From Eledone cirrhosa (Eukaryota), in contig CAXHJY010001232.1 of NCBI GenBank assembly GCA_964016885.1, forward strand, positions 113,704 to 177,703: a stretch of 64,000 bases of DNA. Direction: 5' to 3'. Of this stretch, positions 12,546 through 26,249 are shown piece by piece. Below the pieces are notes generated by a model. The model saw nothing but the letters and a program-made list of their open reading frames with translations. It searched no databases and was not told the origin of the DNA. The translations under genes and the position numbers were made by a program. Numbering within the stretch: the stretch's first letter is position 1; every line of letters starts with the position of its first letter.

Positions 12546-13146
12546 ATGTCTGGACATAGTTCCATGAAAAAATTGAAGATAGACTACATAAGCTTGCTCT
12601 CAGCTATAAGCTTTTGTGCCGAATTTATTTTCCTTGTATTTAACAAGTTAAATGTTATCGATAAAATCTAATACTGCAGAATGGAGGAAAATGGGATCAA
12701 GGTTTCAAGTCATCTGATGCTACAAGTGCAACCAAATCCTTCTTCACCCAGTCTGATTAAATAAATTATTCAGTCATTAAAATCTAAATATTTCAACAAA
12801 ATTGTTGGTATTCAGGCTGAATCAAAATACTCTTCTAGCTCTGGGAATAACATTTAATTTTTATCAACACAGCAAAAGCTTCTGAGGTAGTTCTTCGGTA
12901 TATAAGACGACATTGTTTATTGTTATTGATAGTTTGTTAATCGTTTCATTACCATATTTCTAATGAAATATATTACTTACGTATTTCAAATAATTGTGAA
13001 AATGATCTCAAATTTGGTGTAATTTAATAAAATAACTAAATTCTATTTCCTTAGTAAGCTGATATTCAAAACTTTACTTAACAAACATTTCTAAATTAAA
13101 ATTATGATGGAGGGTTTTAATATAAGAATAATATGTTTTTCTACAA

Positions 13147-13855
13147 GGCCTCCTCACACGATGCTGGTGTACTACCAATTGATGCAGTGTCAATTCATCG
13201 AAAAAATAACTCAGTCCAATGTTCATGGTTTCTTGCAAATGTCAAGCGCTTTTTTAATACTCAATGTTGATCTTGGCTTGCTGGCAGGTTTGCAACATTT
13301 TAGCACAAATTCATGAACCAGCCGAACTGGACACAGTCCTACGACTTATCTCTGTACCTCTTAGAAGTATAGCCCTAATGTTTTTGCACAAACTTGTAGA
13401 AGGCATGAGGGTATTTTTGAGGATGCGATCATCTCTAGAGATAGTTTTCCTGAGGCGACAACGTTTCTTCTTGTAAGAAAATGAGTTATAAATTTGGTGT
13501 ATATTACTACCATTTAGGACTGCTGTCTTGTTACAATCTATTTTAACAGAAATGTCACGCTCTGAGTAACCTCTCTTTTATTGAACTACAAATTGGGATC
13601 TTTGTATGTCAGAAAGTTATGTTTTTTAGGCCCATCTTGGAAGTATATACAGTTGATAAGAAAAATCGTTTAGAATAAACGCAAATCCTTTAAACTATAT
13701 ATAAACAAGAAATTGTAAAATATATACAAATAATGAAGAAAATGCAATAGATTGCAAGTATTTTGCAAAGAGCAAAGTGGACAATGTAGTACTTTGCAAT
13801 AATTGAGAAATGAAACATTTCTGCGAGGCAGTTTTAAACGTGTGGCCATAACTAC
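13147..13855 (-). pseudogene. Decayed Tc1-like transposon 5' part
   Basis: Frameshifted RKTISRDDRIL, EISRRTVS, CKPASKPR, FARNHEHWT, FFDE and RVRRP motifs. Confidence 0.6.
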
Positions 13856-13873
13856 ACACGCACGCACGCACAC

Positions 13874-14008
<135 letters not shown>

Positions 14009-14281
14009 TTCACTCACTCTCACACACATGTATGTACATGTATGTATTAATCTATTTATATATGTGTGTAATGTGTATATTCAAATGAAAAATACCCAAA
14101 GATGGCTGGCTTCTATAATTAATATTGATTTACTAGAAGCATATATTGATCCAAATAGAAAGCTCTTTTTCTAATCAAACTAAAGAACCAGACAGCATTT
14201 CCATGATGTTCTGTGGATTGTATATGTGTGTGTATAAGTTGAGCTCCATTGTATCAAAAGTTCAATATATATATACTTACT

Positions 14282-14345
<64 letters not shown>

Positions 14346-14691
14346 AGGGTTGACGGACCCAGCATATTTATCAATGCCAGTACCGGTTGTATCTCAGCGC
14401 ACTCAATGGGCAATGTATATATATATATACATACATATGATATGTATGTATGTGTATATATATATATTATTACTATTGGTACCCGACGGTGTCGAAAGAC
14501 CATGGATCTGCGTCTGGAAAATTTCATGTCAGCTGATGATGGCAGTGCAGTGTCTGCTGTGGTTGTACAGGCCCAGACGGGAGTGGCAGTCCTACAGCTA
14601 TTGAATCTAAAGATGGTCTTCTCCGGTGCTACTGTGTTGTTTTTTCGAGCACGCTTTTCCCTGGAGGCAAGTCTCAGTCTATATATATATA

Positions 14692-15280
14692 TAAGAAAAT
14701 GATTTTTTTTTTTAAATGAAAAAAAAAACGAGATGTCCTACGCGAGTGAAAGTATAAAGAAAAAATATGAAATCGAAAATGCAACTGGAGTCTTTTGAAG
14801 AATATTTATTTGTTTCCTTTACCGGTTTCACAGTTCTTATGCTTCTCAAAAGTAGAATTGAGATGGAGGGTTTGTGGTTTTTCTCGCATCTGGTTGGTGT
14901 TCGAATGTAACTTCTGTTTTATATGGAAAAAAGTGGCTCGAAATGTCAGGTTTTTTAGAAAAGTAATTTGGTTGGTTGATGACTGTCACGTGAATAAGTA
15001 TAACACATTTCGCGTTACAGAGATCTCATTGTATTTGCCTTAAAAAAGGGGATGGGGGATCTCAGATTGTTTTTTCACATATGAGTGAAATTTGGTTGGT
15101 TGATGCAGTCACGTGAATAAGCACATCAACTTTCGCGCCAGTTCGTATTTGAGGGTTCTTTATTGTCATTTTCACTTAAAAAAGTGGCTCAAAAATGATT
15201 TTTTTATAAATGTAATTTGATTGGTTATGATTGTCATGTGAATAAGTACATTAAATTTCGCGCCAGTTCGTATTTAATTG
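14692..15280 (-). mobile_element. ORF-less HHR-bearing element, same family as 33470-34030
   Basis: Reverse complement of 33470-34030. It has three ~120-bp internal repeats (ttggttg...gtcacgtgaataag...ttcgcg) and its 3' end abuts (TA)n. Confidence 0.7.
14816..14853 (-). ncRNA. Minimal hammerhead, U3:A8 variant
   Basis: ctt TTGAGAA gca-taagaac-tgt GAAAC cg GTA aag. Confidence 0.65.
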
Positions 15281-15299
15281 CTTTCTGGGAGACGAGGGA

Positions 15300-15366
15300 C
15301 ATAGAATGATGATGACGGACAGAGACCACTGGAGAGAACTCGTCCATGGATCTCGGAAATTTTAAC
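15300..15366 (+). mobile_element. 3'-terminal fragment of the RTE-group LINE at 49470-52760
   Basis: gacagagaccactggagagaactcgtccatggatctcggaaatttta matches the reverse complement of 49470-49517. Confidence 0.7.
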
Positions 15367-15392
15367 CCCCCTCCCCATCCAGATAGATATAG

Positions 15393-15429
<37 letters not shown>

Positions 15430-15626
15430 AGTTTAGGAATAACCAAAGTGTGCTTAGAAATACATTGTTTTATTTGCTAACAGTGTTTCATCCATAGCCT
15501 AGGTATACTAGTTATCCTACATTGAGCTAAAACCACACTGTCATACCAAGGAAAATATATCTGTGTGTCTGTGCACATTAGTATAATTGTCAACAGTACT
15601 ATATATATATATATATATTTAAAAAA

Positions 15627-15786
15627 AGGAAAAGAATGACTTCACTTGTAGTTCTAAACAAATTAATTTAATTTTATAATATAATTTTACAATTTAGTTT
15701 TGTAGATCTACAAAACCAAATTGTAAAATTATAATATAAGATTAAATTAAATTGTTTAGAACTACAAATGAAGTCATTCTTTTCCT
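15627..15786. repeat. 160 bp near-perfect palindrome between (TA)n tracts
   Basis: Loopless centre agatct at 15704-15709, with arms aggaaaagaatgacttca.../...tgaagtcattcttttcct. Confidence 0.85.
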
Positions 15787-15805
15787 ATATATATATATAT
15801 ATATA

Positions 15806-16386
15806 TGTAGTGACCTACATTCCGCGGGCTCACATACATTTTCTGTGCGTGATTTGGCTCAGCTCAGCCAATCAACGCCAGTAGAAGAGGATGTATCCTT
15901 ACGCGTCCTGAGGGAGAAATTACCCGCGAAGATTTGAAGAATCTCTCTCTTGTACCAGGAACTTCGAACCAGCAACACGTACATGTGACGGTGAGATTTT
16001 GCACCTTAGCCTGCCGGCTTTCCGGCGCAATGGCACATTCCCTTTTGTAACCTCATTTTATGTGTAACTTCGACCATACCAAGTTAACCAACATTATTTG
16101 TGCTACAACAAGGGCGGTGAATTGGCAGTATCGGTGGAGGGTTGGACGCCATGCTTTCCAGCATAGTTACGTCCCTTTACAGTCTGAGTTCAAATCCCGC
16201 CGAGGTTAACTTTGCCTTTTATCCTTACGGGGTCGATAAAATAAAGTACCAGTAATGTACTGGGTAATTGCTGGTCTTGTGCCAAAAGTAGAAACAATTA
16301 TTTGTGCTACAACAAAAATAAACAAACATTTCATCTCTAATTTCTGCTGTTAACGTCATTATTATGTTACTCGTGTCTCAATAACA
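15806..16386 (+). mobile_element. Possible solo LTR interrupted by a SINE
   Basis: TGTAGTG start, AATAAA ~65 bp before an ...ATAACA end. No target-site duplication seen. Confidence 0.25.
16112..16296 (+). mobile_element. Full-length tRNA-derived SINE with 19-bp target-site duplication
   Basis: A and B boxes present. attatttgtgctacaacaa occurs at 16093-16111 and 16297-16315. Confidence 0.85.
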
Positions 16387-16397
16387 TTATTTGGATT

Positions 16398-16572
16398 AGC
16401 AGTATCGGTAGAGGGTCGGACGCCATGCTTTCCAGCATAGTTACGTCCCTTTACGATCTGATTTCAAATCCCGCCGAGGTTGACTTTGCCTTTCATCCTT
16501 ATGGGGTCGATAAAATAAAGTACCAGTAATGCACTGGGTAATTGCTGGCCTTGTGCCTAAAGTAGAAACAAT
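16398..16572 (+). mobile_element. tRNA-derived SINE, 5'-trimmed
   Basis: Same family as 16112. Confidence 0.8.
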
Positions 16573-16587
16573 TATTATACTATGCTG

Positions 16588-16622
<35 letters not shown>

Positions 16623-16794
16623 CAGGGAAGAAGAGTGACACGGTTTGCTATACAACAAAGGTTTTTAATCTCATTGCTGACAATTGTTTCTCTGAACTGG
16701 TAGGTCTAGAGATCGCTACTCGCTTATTTTCACGTTATTCGATCGGATAGTAAATAAACTCGGAATACCTGATAGGACCGAGCCTCTAACCCCA

Positions 16795-17132
16795 TGCAAC
16801 CCCACATTTAACTTGAAGGATCACAAAAATAATTTTGAAACAAACCCTACTATTAGATTAATATGACCATCTAAGTCAGATATAGGTAAAATTAGCAAGA
16901 ACATTCTAGATAGGGTAATCGCACAAATAAAGGGTAAACTAGAAATCAATTTATGGGGTAACACTAACGAGGCGATTGAATGGTTCAATAAAATACGAAT
17001 AAGGAGACATGTAACTTCATACAATTTGATATAAACGACTACTATGCATCCATATCCCCAGCCACCCTAGATAAAGCGCTTATATTTGCCCAAAATAACT
17101 CCGATCTTACCCTTGAGGAAATTGAAATAATA
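16795..17132 (+). pseudogene. PLE RT fragment homologous to the 38640 element
   Basis: TLKDHKNNF...RLI*PSKSDIGKISKNILDRV...W.NT.EAIEWF, then a frameshift, then FIQFDINDYYASIS. Confidence 0.8.
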
Positions 17133-18615
17133 ATATATATGTGTGTGTGTGTGTGTATATATATATAAATGTGTGTGTGTGTGCCTGCGTGAGTGTTCGC
17201 GCGCGTCTGTGTGTGTGTGTGTGTGTGTAAACCACCGTTGGAATCGGAGACATAGGCCGCGAAACACGATCATCACTGACAACAAACTCGCAGAGAGAAT
17301 CCCTTATAGTTGATTCCCAACCTGCTAGAAATAGCAGCCAGGCTGGTTAGCATACGTGGTATGTCTTTCTTCTTCTTTGGTGTTATAAAATTAGTATCAA
17401 TAAACTTTCATGGATATACTCTTACCCCAATCCTGTACATACTTTCCGATTGTCACTTTTCGTTTTTTTCGTGTGATACGCGAAGGAACCAACCAACAAA
17501 CATCTTTTATATCTCTTTTATTTGTTCATTCAAAATATTTTTCAGCTTCTGTCGTACAATATACATCAGCAATAATTATCTAATGTTTAAAACATATGAT
17601 TAGCTGCGATATATGCACCATATCAATAAAAAACGATATGAGAATTGAATACCATACTAAAGCGCCAGTAAGCTTGCTAAGAACCTGCAGATACAACATT
17701 TGGCTTGGGTAAACTTTAAGATGTTCTTTCATTGTAGGTTTCTTTTCTCAGCCAGTACGTTAAAGAAAATTGATAGTTACAACAATAAAGGTTGAACAGG
17801 GAACAAATTTTTTCAACGAACTTTACAATAATTTGTACAACCATAATGGAAATTCCAAGTAACAGAAAATACATAAATTAGAGCCTCAGAGTATACAATT
17901 TTTTTGTTCGGCCCTCGAGGAGCAAAGATGAAGAGATTGTTTGGCGAACTCACCCTAGAGCATCCTACATACAATTGACCATGGTTTTCTCAGATGAAGG
18001 ACAGCCACTTTTAGGGTTTGACCCTGAGCTTTGTTGATGGTAATCGCGAAGCTTAGTCTCTCTGTTGCTCTAGTAACATTTTTTCTTCTGGAAAATCTGA
18101 TCTTGCGGCCAGGCTAGGACTTTTTGGGTGGCATATCGGCGGTAACAATGACGATAAGCCGTCTGTGCTTTCGGGAAATGAATACGTTTGTTTATATTTT
18201 GTTTTTGAGTATGCAAAAATATCTGCACACGAATATATAATTATATATATAAGTTTAAGCAAAGAATCGCTGCTTTCACCCTTAACGGGATCTTCTGAAA
18301 CTAAAACAATCAATCTGTGAACGCAGAAGTAAATATTTCGAAAAACGTTGCAACCGAAAGAAAACAGGAAGATGATACTTTGGTCCGTGAAGACGTTAGG
18401 AATGTCGTATAACCGGAAGTGTGGACATTTGAAAATTTTAAAGAAGTGAATATTTAAATAATGTCTTTAATCTTTTAACAAAATTCAGTAGACAAAATTA
18501 CCTTCACTTGCTTACTTGGAAAAAGTTACATCTATGGTGCAAATTTGGTGCCGTTTGGTCCAATCGCTTGGCGGAAAGTTTGTTACTTACATACGGCCTT
18601 CAGCTTTATAGTATA

Positions 18616-19220
18616 CTAGCAGTGGTACCCGGTGTTGCACGGGATAAGGTATTGTGAAATATATATCCGTCTTAGCTAAGCTTAGTATTGCCACAACCAC
18701 GGCTGGCAAAGAAGTAAGGGTCTGGTGGTACGTAAGTAAGCAACACTGTGGCTTAAAATGTGAGGAAGAAGTTGTGTGCACTTACCAACTGTTTGGGGAA
18801 TGAGTGTGAGATTTGTCTTGAGCAAGGGTGGCAATATAACCGGAGGAAGCAGACAGCCAGATATACAGACAGATATTATAAGGGCGTGTGCTGGACGCAG
18901 AGCGAATTGTAGGAAGTGACGTAATGCAGACAGCCAGACATACAGACAGATATTATAAGGGCGCGACGTTATATGTATGTATGTATGTATCTATCTAAAA
19001 AGTGAAAGACTAAGAATTATAGAGAGAGATCGCTAAATCGCCTAATGCGGTCCCTAGGGCATTGAAAATTTGAAATATTTTTTAGCTCAGAACACTCCCT
19101 GAAACATAAGTTTTACATGTGTAAAGTTTGAAAACAGTCGGTTGGGTGCTTCTCTAGTTTTAGGGATTCAAACTTACACACACACAGACATACATCCTCA
19201 GTTTTATATATATATATATA
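18616..19220 (-). mobile_element. Non-autonomous Helitron
   Basis: Minus strand starts tatatatataaaactgaggatgtatgtctgtgtgtg and ends with hairpin cccgtgcaacaccggg, 8 nt, then CTAG followed by T. Confidence 0.7.
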
Positions 19221-19362
19221 CTTAGGTTAGTAGGAGTTAGGTATTATATACCCGTGTCCCGTTAAGGTATTGGCAGCATAGTAATTAGCTCTATGCTTTG
19301 GAGCAGAGCCGTATATATGAAAAAGAACACAAGAGCGTCTACAACATCAAAAGATTTTTATT

Positions 19363-19411
19363 GGCTAACAATGTTTCTTCCTTACGTGTAACCGTAGGAT
19401 TCATCAGAGCT
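19363..19411 (-). ncRNA. Minimal hammerhead at the 3' end of an ORF-less PLE-type element (~19221-19830)
   Basis: agct CTGATGA atcctacg...cgtaaggaa GAAAC att GTT agcc. Confidence 0.7.
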
Positions 19412-19654
19412 ATAAAAGGGGTTTGATTGGTGTTATGGACTCTACCAACCAAACACCCAAGAACAAAGAGTAAAGAGAGTAAAGAGCAAAAGTAGGGGAC
19501 GATAAGTCTAATTTTGGTGCGGGAGGGTGGGGTGTTGGTCCTTGTTTACTAGCTGCGGTCATATTCATTCCCGGGGGTCGGGTGGTTAGCTGAACCATAT
19601 ATGGGGTGGCGTGGATAGTATGGTGGAGAGGGTGCGCAGAGGCTACACAAACAC

Positions 19655-19822
19655 AAACATTTTAGAAGACCATACGCTATCATTTTTAAAGTACTTCTTT
19701 TTGGCGAAAGAAGAGAGAGAAGCTGACAGTCTGTTTCACGCTGGTTGGCGTTCATCTTTCGCCGAAAAGAAGTGACATAGTCAGTACTTTAAAAATGGTA
19801 GCGTATGGTCTTCTAAATGTTT
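19655..19822. repeat. Inverted repeat (fold-back junction)
   Basis: tttagaagaccatacgcta...aaagtact / agtacttt...tagcgtatggtcttctaaa. Confidence 0.75.
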
Positions 19823-19959
19823 TTAATTAAACATACGGTCTATTGCCAAATATACTATACATACATTCATGTATACATCGCTATTTCAGAGCACCAATCC
19901 TAATACCATATATATATATAAGTTGTTTTTTAAAATTATCGCTCTATATGACTGAATAC

Positions 19960-20352
19960 AATAAATGTAATCTGAGTTTTTCGAATATTAATAATTGTTT
20001 CTACTTTTGGCACAAGGCCAGCAATTACCCAGTGCATCACTGGTACTTTATTTTATTGACCCGGTAAGGATGCAAGGCAAAGTTAACCTCGACCGGATTT
20101 GAACTCAGACCGTAAAGGGACGTAACTATGCTGGAAAGCATGCCGTCCGACCCTCTATCGATACTGCCAATTCACCGCCCTTATTAATAATAATATTCGA
20201 TTCGTTTGCAATTATGCAAACAGCCTCTTTTTTTAAAGCCATGTCAGTAGAATGAGCCCCTCGTTCTTGCTCTAAAAAAAGAGACTGCTTGCATAATTGC
20301 AAACGAATCGAATATTATTATTAATATTCGAAAAGCTCAGATTACATTTATT
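19960..20352. repeat. Fold-back element with a SINE inserted in its left arm
   Basis: Arms ataaatgtaatctgag...tttaaagc / gctctaaa...ctcagattacatttat once the SINE is removed. Confidence 0.75.
19991..20181 (-). mobile_element. tRNA-derived SINE
   Basis: Same family as 16112. tattaataat is duplicated at both sides. Confidence 0.8.
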
Positions 20353-20376
20353 ATTATTATATATATATATATATAT

Positions 20377-21560
20377 ATTGTTATACTTTGGGAGGGTCAT
20401 GTTGCCAATAAGAAACACACGCACCAGTTGCTTTCACTTCAATTTAATTTATTAAATATTTATAAGTTTACAAATTTATAAATTTATAAATTTCTGGTTG
20501 GTTGGTTGGTTCCACAACCAGATAGTTGTTTATATATATATAGTCATAGTTCTTTCGTCACACACTCTGTGACCTCTTCAGTGACTGGGGATTTCTTTCT
20601 TCGTTTCTGTGCCTTTCCTTTCTTCTATCCTACGCCATTTTGTTTGTGTGTGGGTTGCGTGCTCAGTTTGCGCATGCGCCACATCCGGGTGTCTGTGTGT
20701 GTGTTTGTGTTCATTTTTCTATTTTTCTATTTATATTTTTCTATTTGTTTGTTTATTTATTTATTTATTGTTGGTTGGTTGTTTGTTCTATGTGTGTGTG
20801 TGTTTTCATTTTGTCTTGTGTGTGTTTTCAATTGTAAGTTGTTTGTTCTATGTGTGTGTGTGTTTTCATTTTGTCCTTAATTGTAAGTTGTGATGTTGCT
20901 GTTCCACTCATATTTTCTATTTAATTTTGGTTTTAATTCTTTTATGCTTACTGCCTCTGTAATTTGCCTAAACATTGCGTCTTTCTTGTGTGTGGATTCT
21001 ATTTTTATTTCTATGCTCTCTAATTTACCCCTGTGTTCTATCTTAGCATGTTGGTAGAGCACAGATGATTCTTTACTATCTTGGAGGTCTCGCCAGTGTT
21101 CATTTATTCGTTCCCCTATACTACGAGCTGTCTCACCTATGTACACTACATTTTTGTTTCTACATTGTCCTTCAGTACATATTATGCTATATACTACATT
21201 TCTAGTTTTACAGTTAATATGGGGGCTTATTTTACAGGTTATGCATTTCTTATCTATACATGAGGGTCTTTGGAACGGGTATGTCTTGCTAATAAGTGTT
21301 TTTACGGAGGTACCAGGTCTTTCTACTATCTTAATATTGAGATTATGTTTCTTTAGGGCCCTTCTAAATTTGTAGGCTAGTTCGCCTCTAGGGGTTGTAT
21401 TGATGAACATTACACTCTGGTATTTATTGCTATCATACCATGAGTTTATTCTATTGGCCTTGTTCTTAGTTCTTTCTATTCTATTCCAAAATTTGCTCCT
21501 ATACAAGGGGCAGGTCCCATTTATGTCATAAATGGGACCTGCCCCTTGACATAAATGGCG
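20377..21560 (-). mobile_element. 5'-truncated PLE, same family as 1050-2187
   Basis: GIY-YIG ORF 20877-21506, the same 3' end at (TA)n, and a perfect hairpin at the 5' junction 21504-21549. Confidence 0.85.
20542..20586 (-). ncRNA. Minimal type I hammerhead ribozyme
   Basis: agtca CTGAAGA g gtcaca-gagtg-tgtgac GAAAG aa CTA tgact. Confidence 0.78.
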
Positions 21561-21764
21561 GTACTCAGTAATAGAGAAGACCCCCCTTACCTAAATACAA
21601 AGTAAAACCTACTACAGTCAGTAGGCATCTCTAACAAAATACACCCCCGTCCCACCACCCCCACCCCATCCACACCGCCCCTTTCAATGTAAAGTTATGT
21701 TGGTGCCACAACATCCAGGCCGAAACAAATGAGATCGTGTACGTGTCAAGACAAAAAAACACAC

Positions 21765-22097
21765 AGTCCACGCTGTAATGTAGCCGTGTAGGCAACACGG
21801 TAAGAACCTCCCAGCCCCACACTGTAAATGTGGTTGGTGTTAGGAAGGGCATGCAGCTGTAGAAAACCCGCCAGACAGTCCACGCTGTAATGTGGCCGTG
21901 TAGGCAACACGGTAAAAACCTCCCAGCCCACACTGTAAATGTGGTTGGTGTTAGGAAGGGCATCCAGCTGTAGAAAACCCGCCAGACAGTCCTATGCGAG
22001 CAAGACAAGCACTCTTGCCTCAAGTGGGAAAACCCCGTCCAAACCCATGCAAGCGTGGAACACGGACGTTAAACGTTGATGATGATGATGATGATGA
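21765..22097 (+). mobile_element. SINE with ~110-bp tandem-duplicated core and (GAT)n tail
   Basis: gtggttggtgttaggaagggcat occurs twice. It ends acccatgcaagcgtggaacacggacgttaaacgtt(gat)n, an RTE-type 3' end. Confidence 0.6.
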
Positions 22098-22107
22098 TAT
22101 ATATATA

Positions 22108-22535
22108 TCACGCTCCACTCTCCTACCCATCACAGGAAGATATGTGTGTGTATATTGCTTCCACCCCCTCACTGACCAGCAGCTGGCGATTGCTAAATCT
22201 GACCTTTATAAAATAACCCACACCCCAAATAACTTCTCATTCACTACCAGAAAGGGACACAGCAGTCAACCTGTTGTTGCTACCTAGATGAAAACTGCTA
22301 TGAAATCCCACAATGAATTTTATACTTGAATTTTCAAGTCTCAAATTTTAACTCTTCGTATTATTAATTTTTCTTAATATTAATCAACATTTGAAAAGAT
22401 GGCTTTTGCAGACCCATCGAAACCGGTCATTTTTTATACCCTTTATTATTTCCTTACCTTATAAAATTATGTTTTTTCACAAAAAAGTATTCTGTCTCTT
22501 ATATATTCCATGTGCCATTACCGACCTCAATTTTC
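22108..22535 (+). mobile_element. Solo 3' terminus of the Neptune-like PLE, including HHR variant 22386-22433
   Basis: Near-identical to 10017-10452. Confidence 0.85.
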
Positions 22536-22545
22536 TCTCTCTCTC

Positions 22546-22652
<107 letters not shown>

Positions 22653-22685
22653 GTATATATATATGTATATATATATATATGTATA

Positions 22686-25450
22686 GAAGCAACTACAGAC
22701 GGTAATATGTGTCACATATCGGCCGCCCGATGCCCCCAGTCATGAGGGTAAATTTGAGGATAGCCTAAGTAGGATAGAAGAGGTCCTTGACAAACTGGAC
22801 CAGGGTCTCAACATCCTACTGCTGGGAGACTTCAACCTACCAAAGGTCAAATGGCCTGAGGGCCACCTCCTCCCTGGAATGACGTCAATAGAACAGAGAC
22901 AGACGGAATCCCTGCTGGCCCTCACACACAGGCTGTTCATGGAGCAAGCAATACTCCTCCCAACAAGAGGCGAAAATGTCCTGGACCTCTGTTTTACAAA
23001 CAACGAAGTGCTCATCCACAATGTAAAGGTGACACCAACAATTCTCTCGGATCATAACTTGGTAGAGCTAATGATATGTGGTCCAAGAGAACCAACAGAG
23101 ACAAAACCACCAAGAAGCTCCGGGACGCTATCCAGCCTTAACTTCTACGGGGCTGACTGGAAGAAGATTAAGAGTGAAATCCGGAAGCAAACATGGAGTG
23201 CAAACATCGCCACACAAGACACTAACACACAATTTCAACACTTCATGACAACGATACACACCATATGCAAAAAGTGTGTCCCGGAGAAAGAGGCAAACAG
23301 ACACAAAAATCTTATTCCCAGAGATAGGAAAATCCTTATGAGACGTAGAACTAAACTCTCAAACCAGTTGAATAGTCAACAAAACCAAAACAAGAAGGAA
23401 TCCTATTTGAAACGTGCACTACTTGACACCGAGATTGCACTCAAGCTTTCACATGAGAATGAGAGGGCAAGGAAAGAGAACAGGGCCATAGAAAACATTA
23501 AAACAAACCCTAAGGCCTTCTTTAAATTTGCAAAAGAAACTGCCTCAGTACACTGCAAGATTGGACCACTCTTCCACACGGACGGTTCATTAACCGAAAA
23601 TCCCCAAGAGATATGTGAAATACTGAACGAACAGTACAAAAGTGTCTTCACATGTCCACTGAGGCACATGCAAATAACGAAGCCAGAGGAGTTCTTTGAT
23701 GCCACAACACTACATCAAGAAATGGCAACCATCAACCACATAGACATAACGGAGAAGGATGTGGTGTACGCCATTGATGAAATTAGAACAGACTCGGCTG
23801 CTGGACCTGATGGATTCCCAGCAGTTCTCCTAAAAATATGTAAGCGGGCCTTAGCAACTCCACTGAAGATGCTCTTCAGAAGCTCCTTGGCCAGCGGTGT
23901 ACTACCCAGGGAGCTGAAAGAAGGCACAATATGCCCTATCCATAAAGGAGGTAGTAGAGCGGAGGCCAAGAACTATAGGCCAGTCTCCCTGACGTCGCAT
24001 ATCAGTAAGGTCATGGAGCGAGTCGTCAGAAAGAAACTAATCACTTTCCTCGAAGAAAATGACCGCCTGACTAGCACGCAACATGGCTTCCGCCTAGGAA
24101 GAAGCTGCCTTACACAGCTGCTACATCACTACGACTGGGTACTGAGACAGCTACTAGACAGCTCACATGTAGACGTGATATATCTTGACTTTGCGAAGGC
24201 CTTTGACAAGGTCGACCACGGAATGATATGTCACAAACTACACGGACTCGGCATAACTGGAAAAGTAGGTGAGTGGCTGCATGGCTTCCTGAGGGACAGA
24301 AGCCAGGCAGTCGCAGCAAATGGGGCCCTCTCGAGGGAAACACCGATAACAAGTGGGGTGCCTCAGGGGACAGTCCTGGGACCACTACTGTTTTTGGTGG
24401 CTCTCTCGGACATGCCCTCTGTGGTGCATGCAACAACATCCCTCACTAGCTATGCTGATGACACTAAGGTAGCACAGGCAATCAAAAACCCGGCTGACGC
24501 TGCCCTCTTACAGCAGGATCTGGATGCCATATACAGATGGGCGGAAGAAAACAACATGCAGTTTAATGCTGGCAAATTCCAAGCCCTACAATACAAACCT
24601 GCAAACACAAACGCAAATATAGCGGAACACAGCTACACAGGACCAGGAGGGACCGATATCCCCGTGTCAAAATCGATACGAGACCTGGGCATAGACATGA
24701 GCGATGATGCATCTTTTTCTTCACACATCATGAAGGTGGCGACAGCATGTAGACGATTCGCTGGCTGGATCTTGAGGACTTTCCTTACAAGAGATCGAGA
24801 CACCATGTTGACACTGTGGAGGACTTTTGTCCTAAGCCGCCTGGACTACTGCTCCCAGCTGTGGTCACCCCATAGTGTCAAACTAACCACAGAGCTTGAG
24901 GCAATCCAGCGAAGCTACACCAAGAGGATTGCCAAGATGAGGGAGACAAGCTACTGGGAGAGGCTGAAGGAACTGAACCTCTACTCCTTGGAGCGAAGAC
25001 GGGAGAGATACGCAGTGATCTACATGTGGAAAATCCTGGAGGGACTAGCACCAAACTTTGGCATTGGGAGCTGGACCAACCGTCGAACAGGACGTCACTG
25101 TGTGGTGCCAAAGGTCCCGTCTTCCACATCTAGAATAAGGAGCAGGTATTGCAATAGCCTGGGATTCAAGGGCCCTCAACTCTTCAACAGGCTGCCGAGG
25201 CATCTGCGAGACTTGCATGACGTTCAGGTGGATGTCTTTAAGAAACATCTCGACACCTTGTTATCCAGGATCCCGGATGAGCCCACAGCAAGACACGAGG
25301 GAAACCTAAGGGCAGCAGCAACAAACTCCCTCCTACACCAGTGGCCAACCTATACAGGCTGGAGATAAAATGTGTAGCAACAAGGGCGGTGCCCCAGCAT
25401 GGCCTCAGCCGGATGGCTGAAACAGGTAAAAGAGTAAAAGAGTAAAAGAG
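22686..25450 (+). mobile_element. 5'-truncated CR1-group LINE with open ORF2 remainder
   Basis: GDFN endonuclease end, [17 protein letters not shown] and YADD. Stop at 25368, (GAGTAAAA)n tail, located in (TA)n. Confidence 0.92.
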
Positions 25451-26245
<795 letters not shown>

Positions 26246-26249
26246 TAAA

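Noticed and set aside
14529-14570. CTGATGA followed by a hairpin
   Set aside because: No GAAA follows the stem.
16112-16200. tRNA gene
   Set aside because: Only A and B boxes, no cloverleaf; it is a SINE head with a target-site duplication.
16672-16725. GAAAC-AATT-GTC half hammerhead on the minus strand
   Set aside because: The CUGANGA half is missing.
21765-21992. Repeat array resembling CRISPR
   Set aside because: Whole units are duplicated with no unique spacers, there are no cas genes, and the context is eukaryotic.
23403-25248. Repeated antisense ORFs within the LINE copies
   Set aside because: Shadow frames that recur only because the copies are near-identical.
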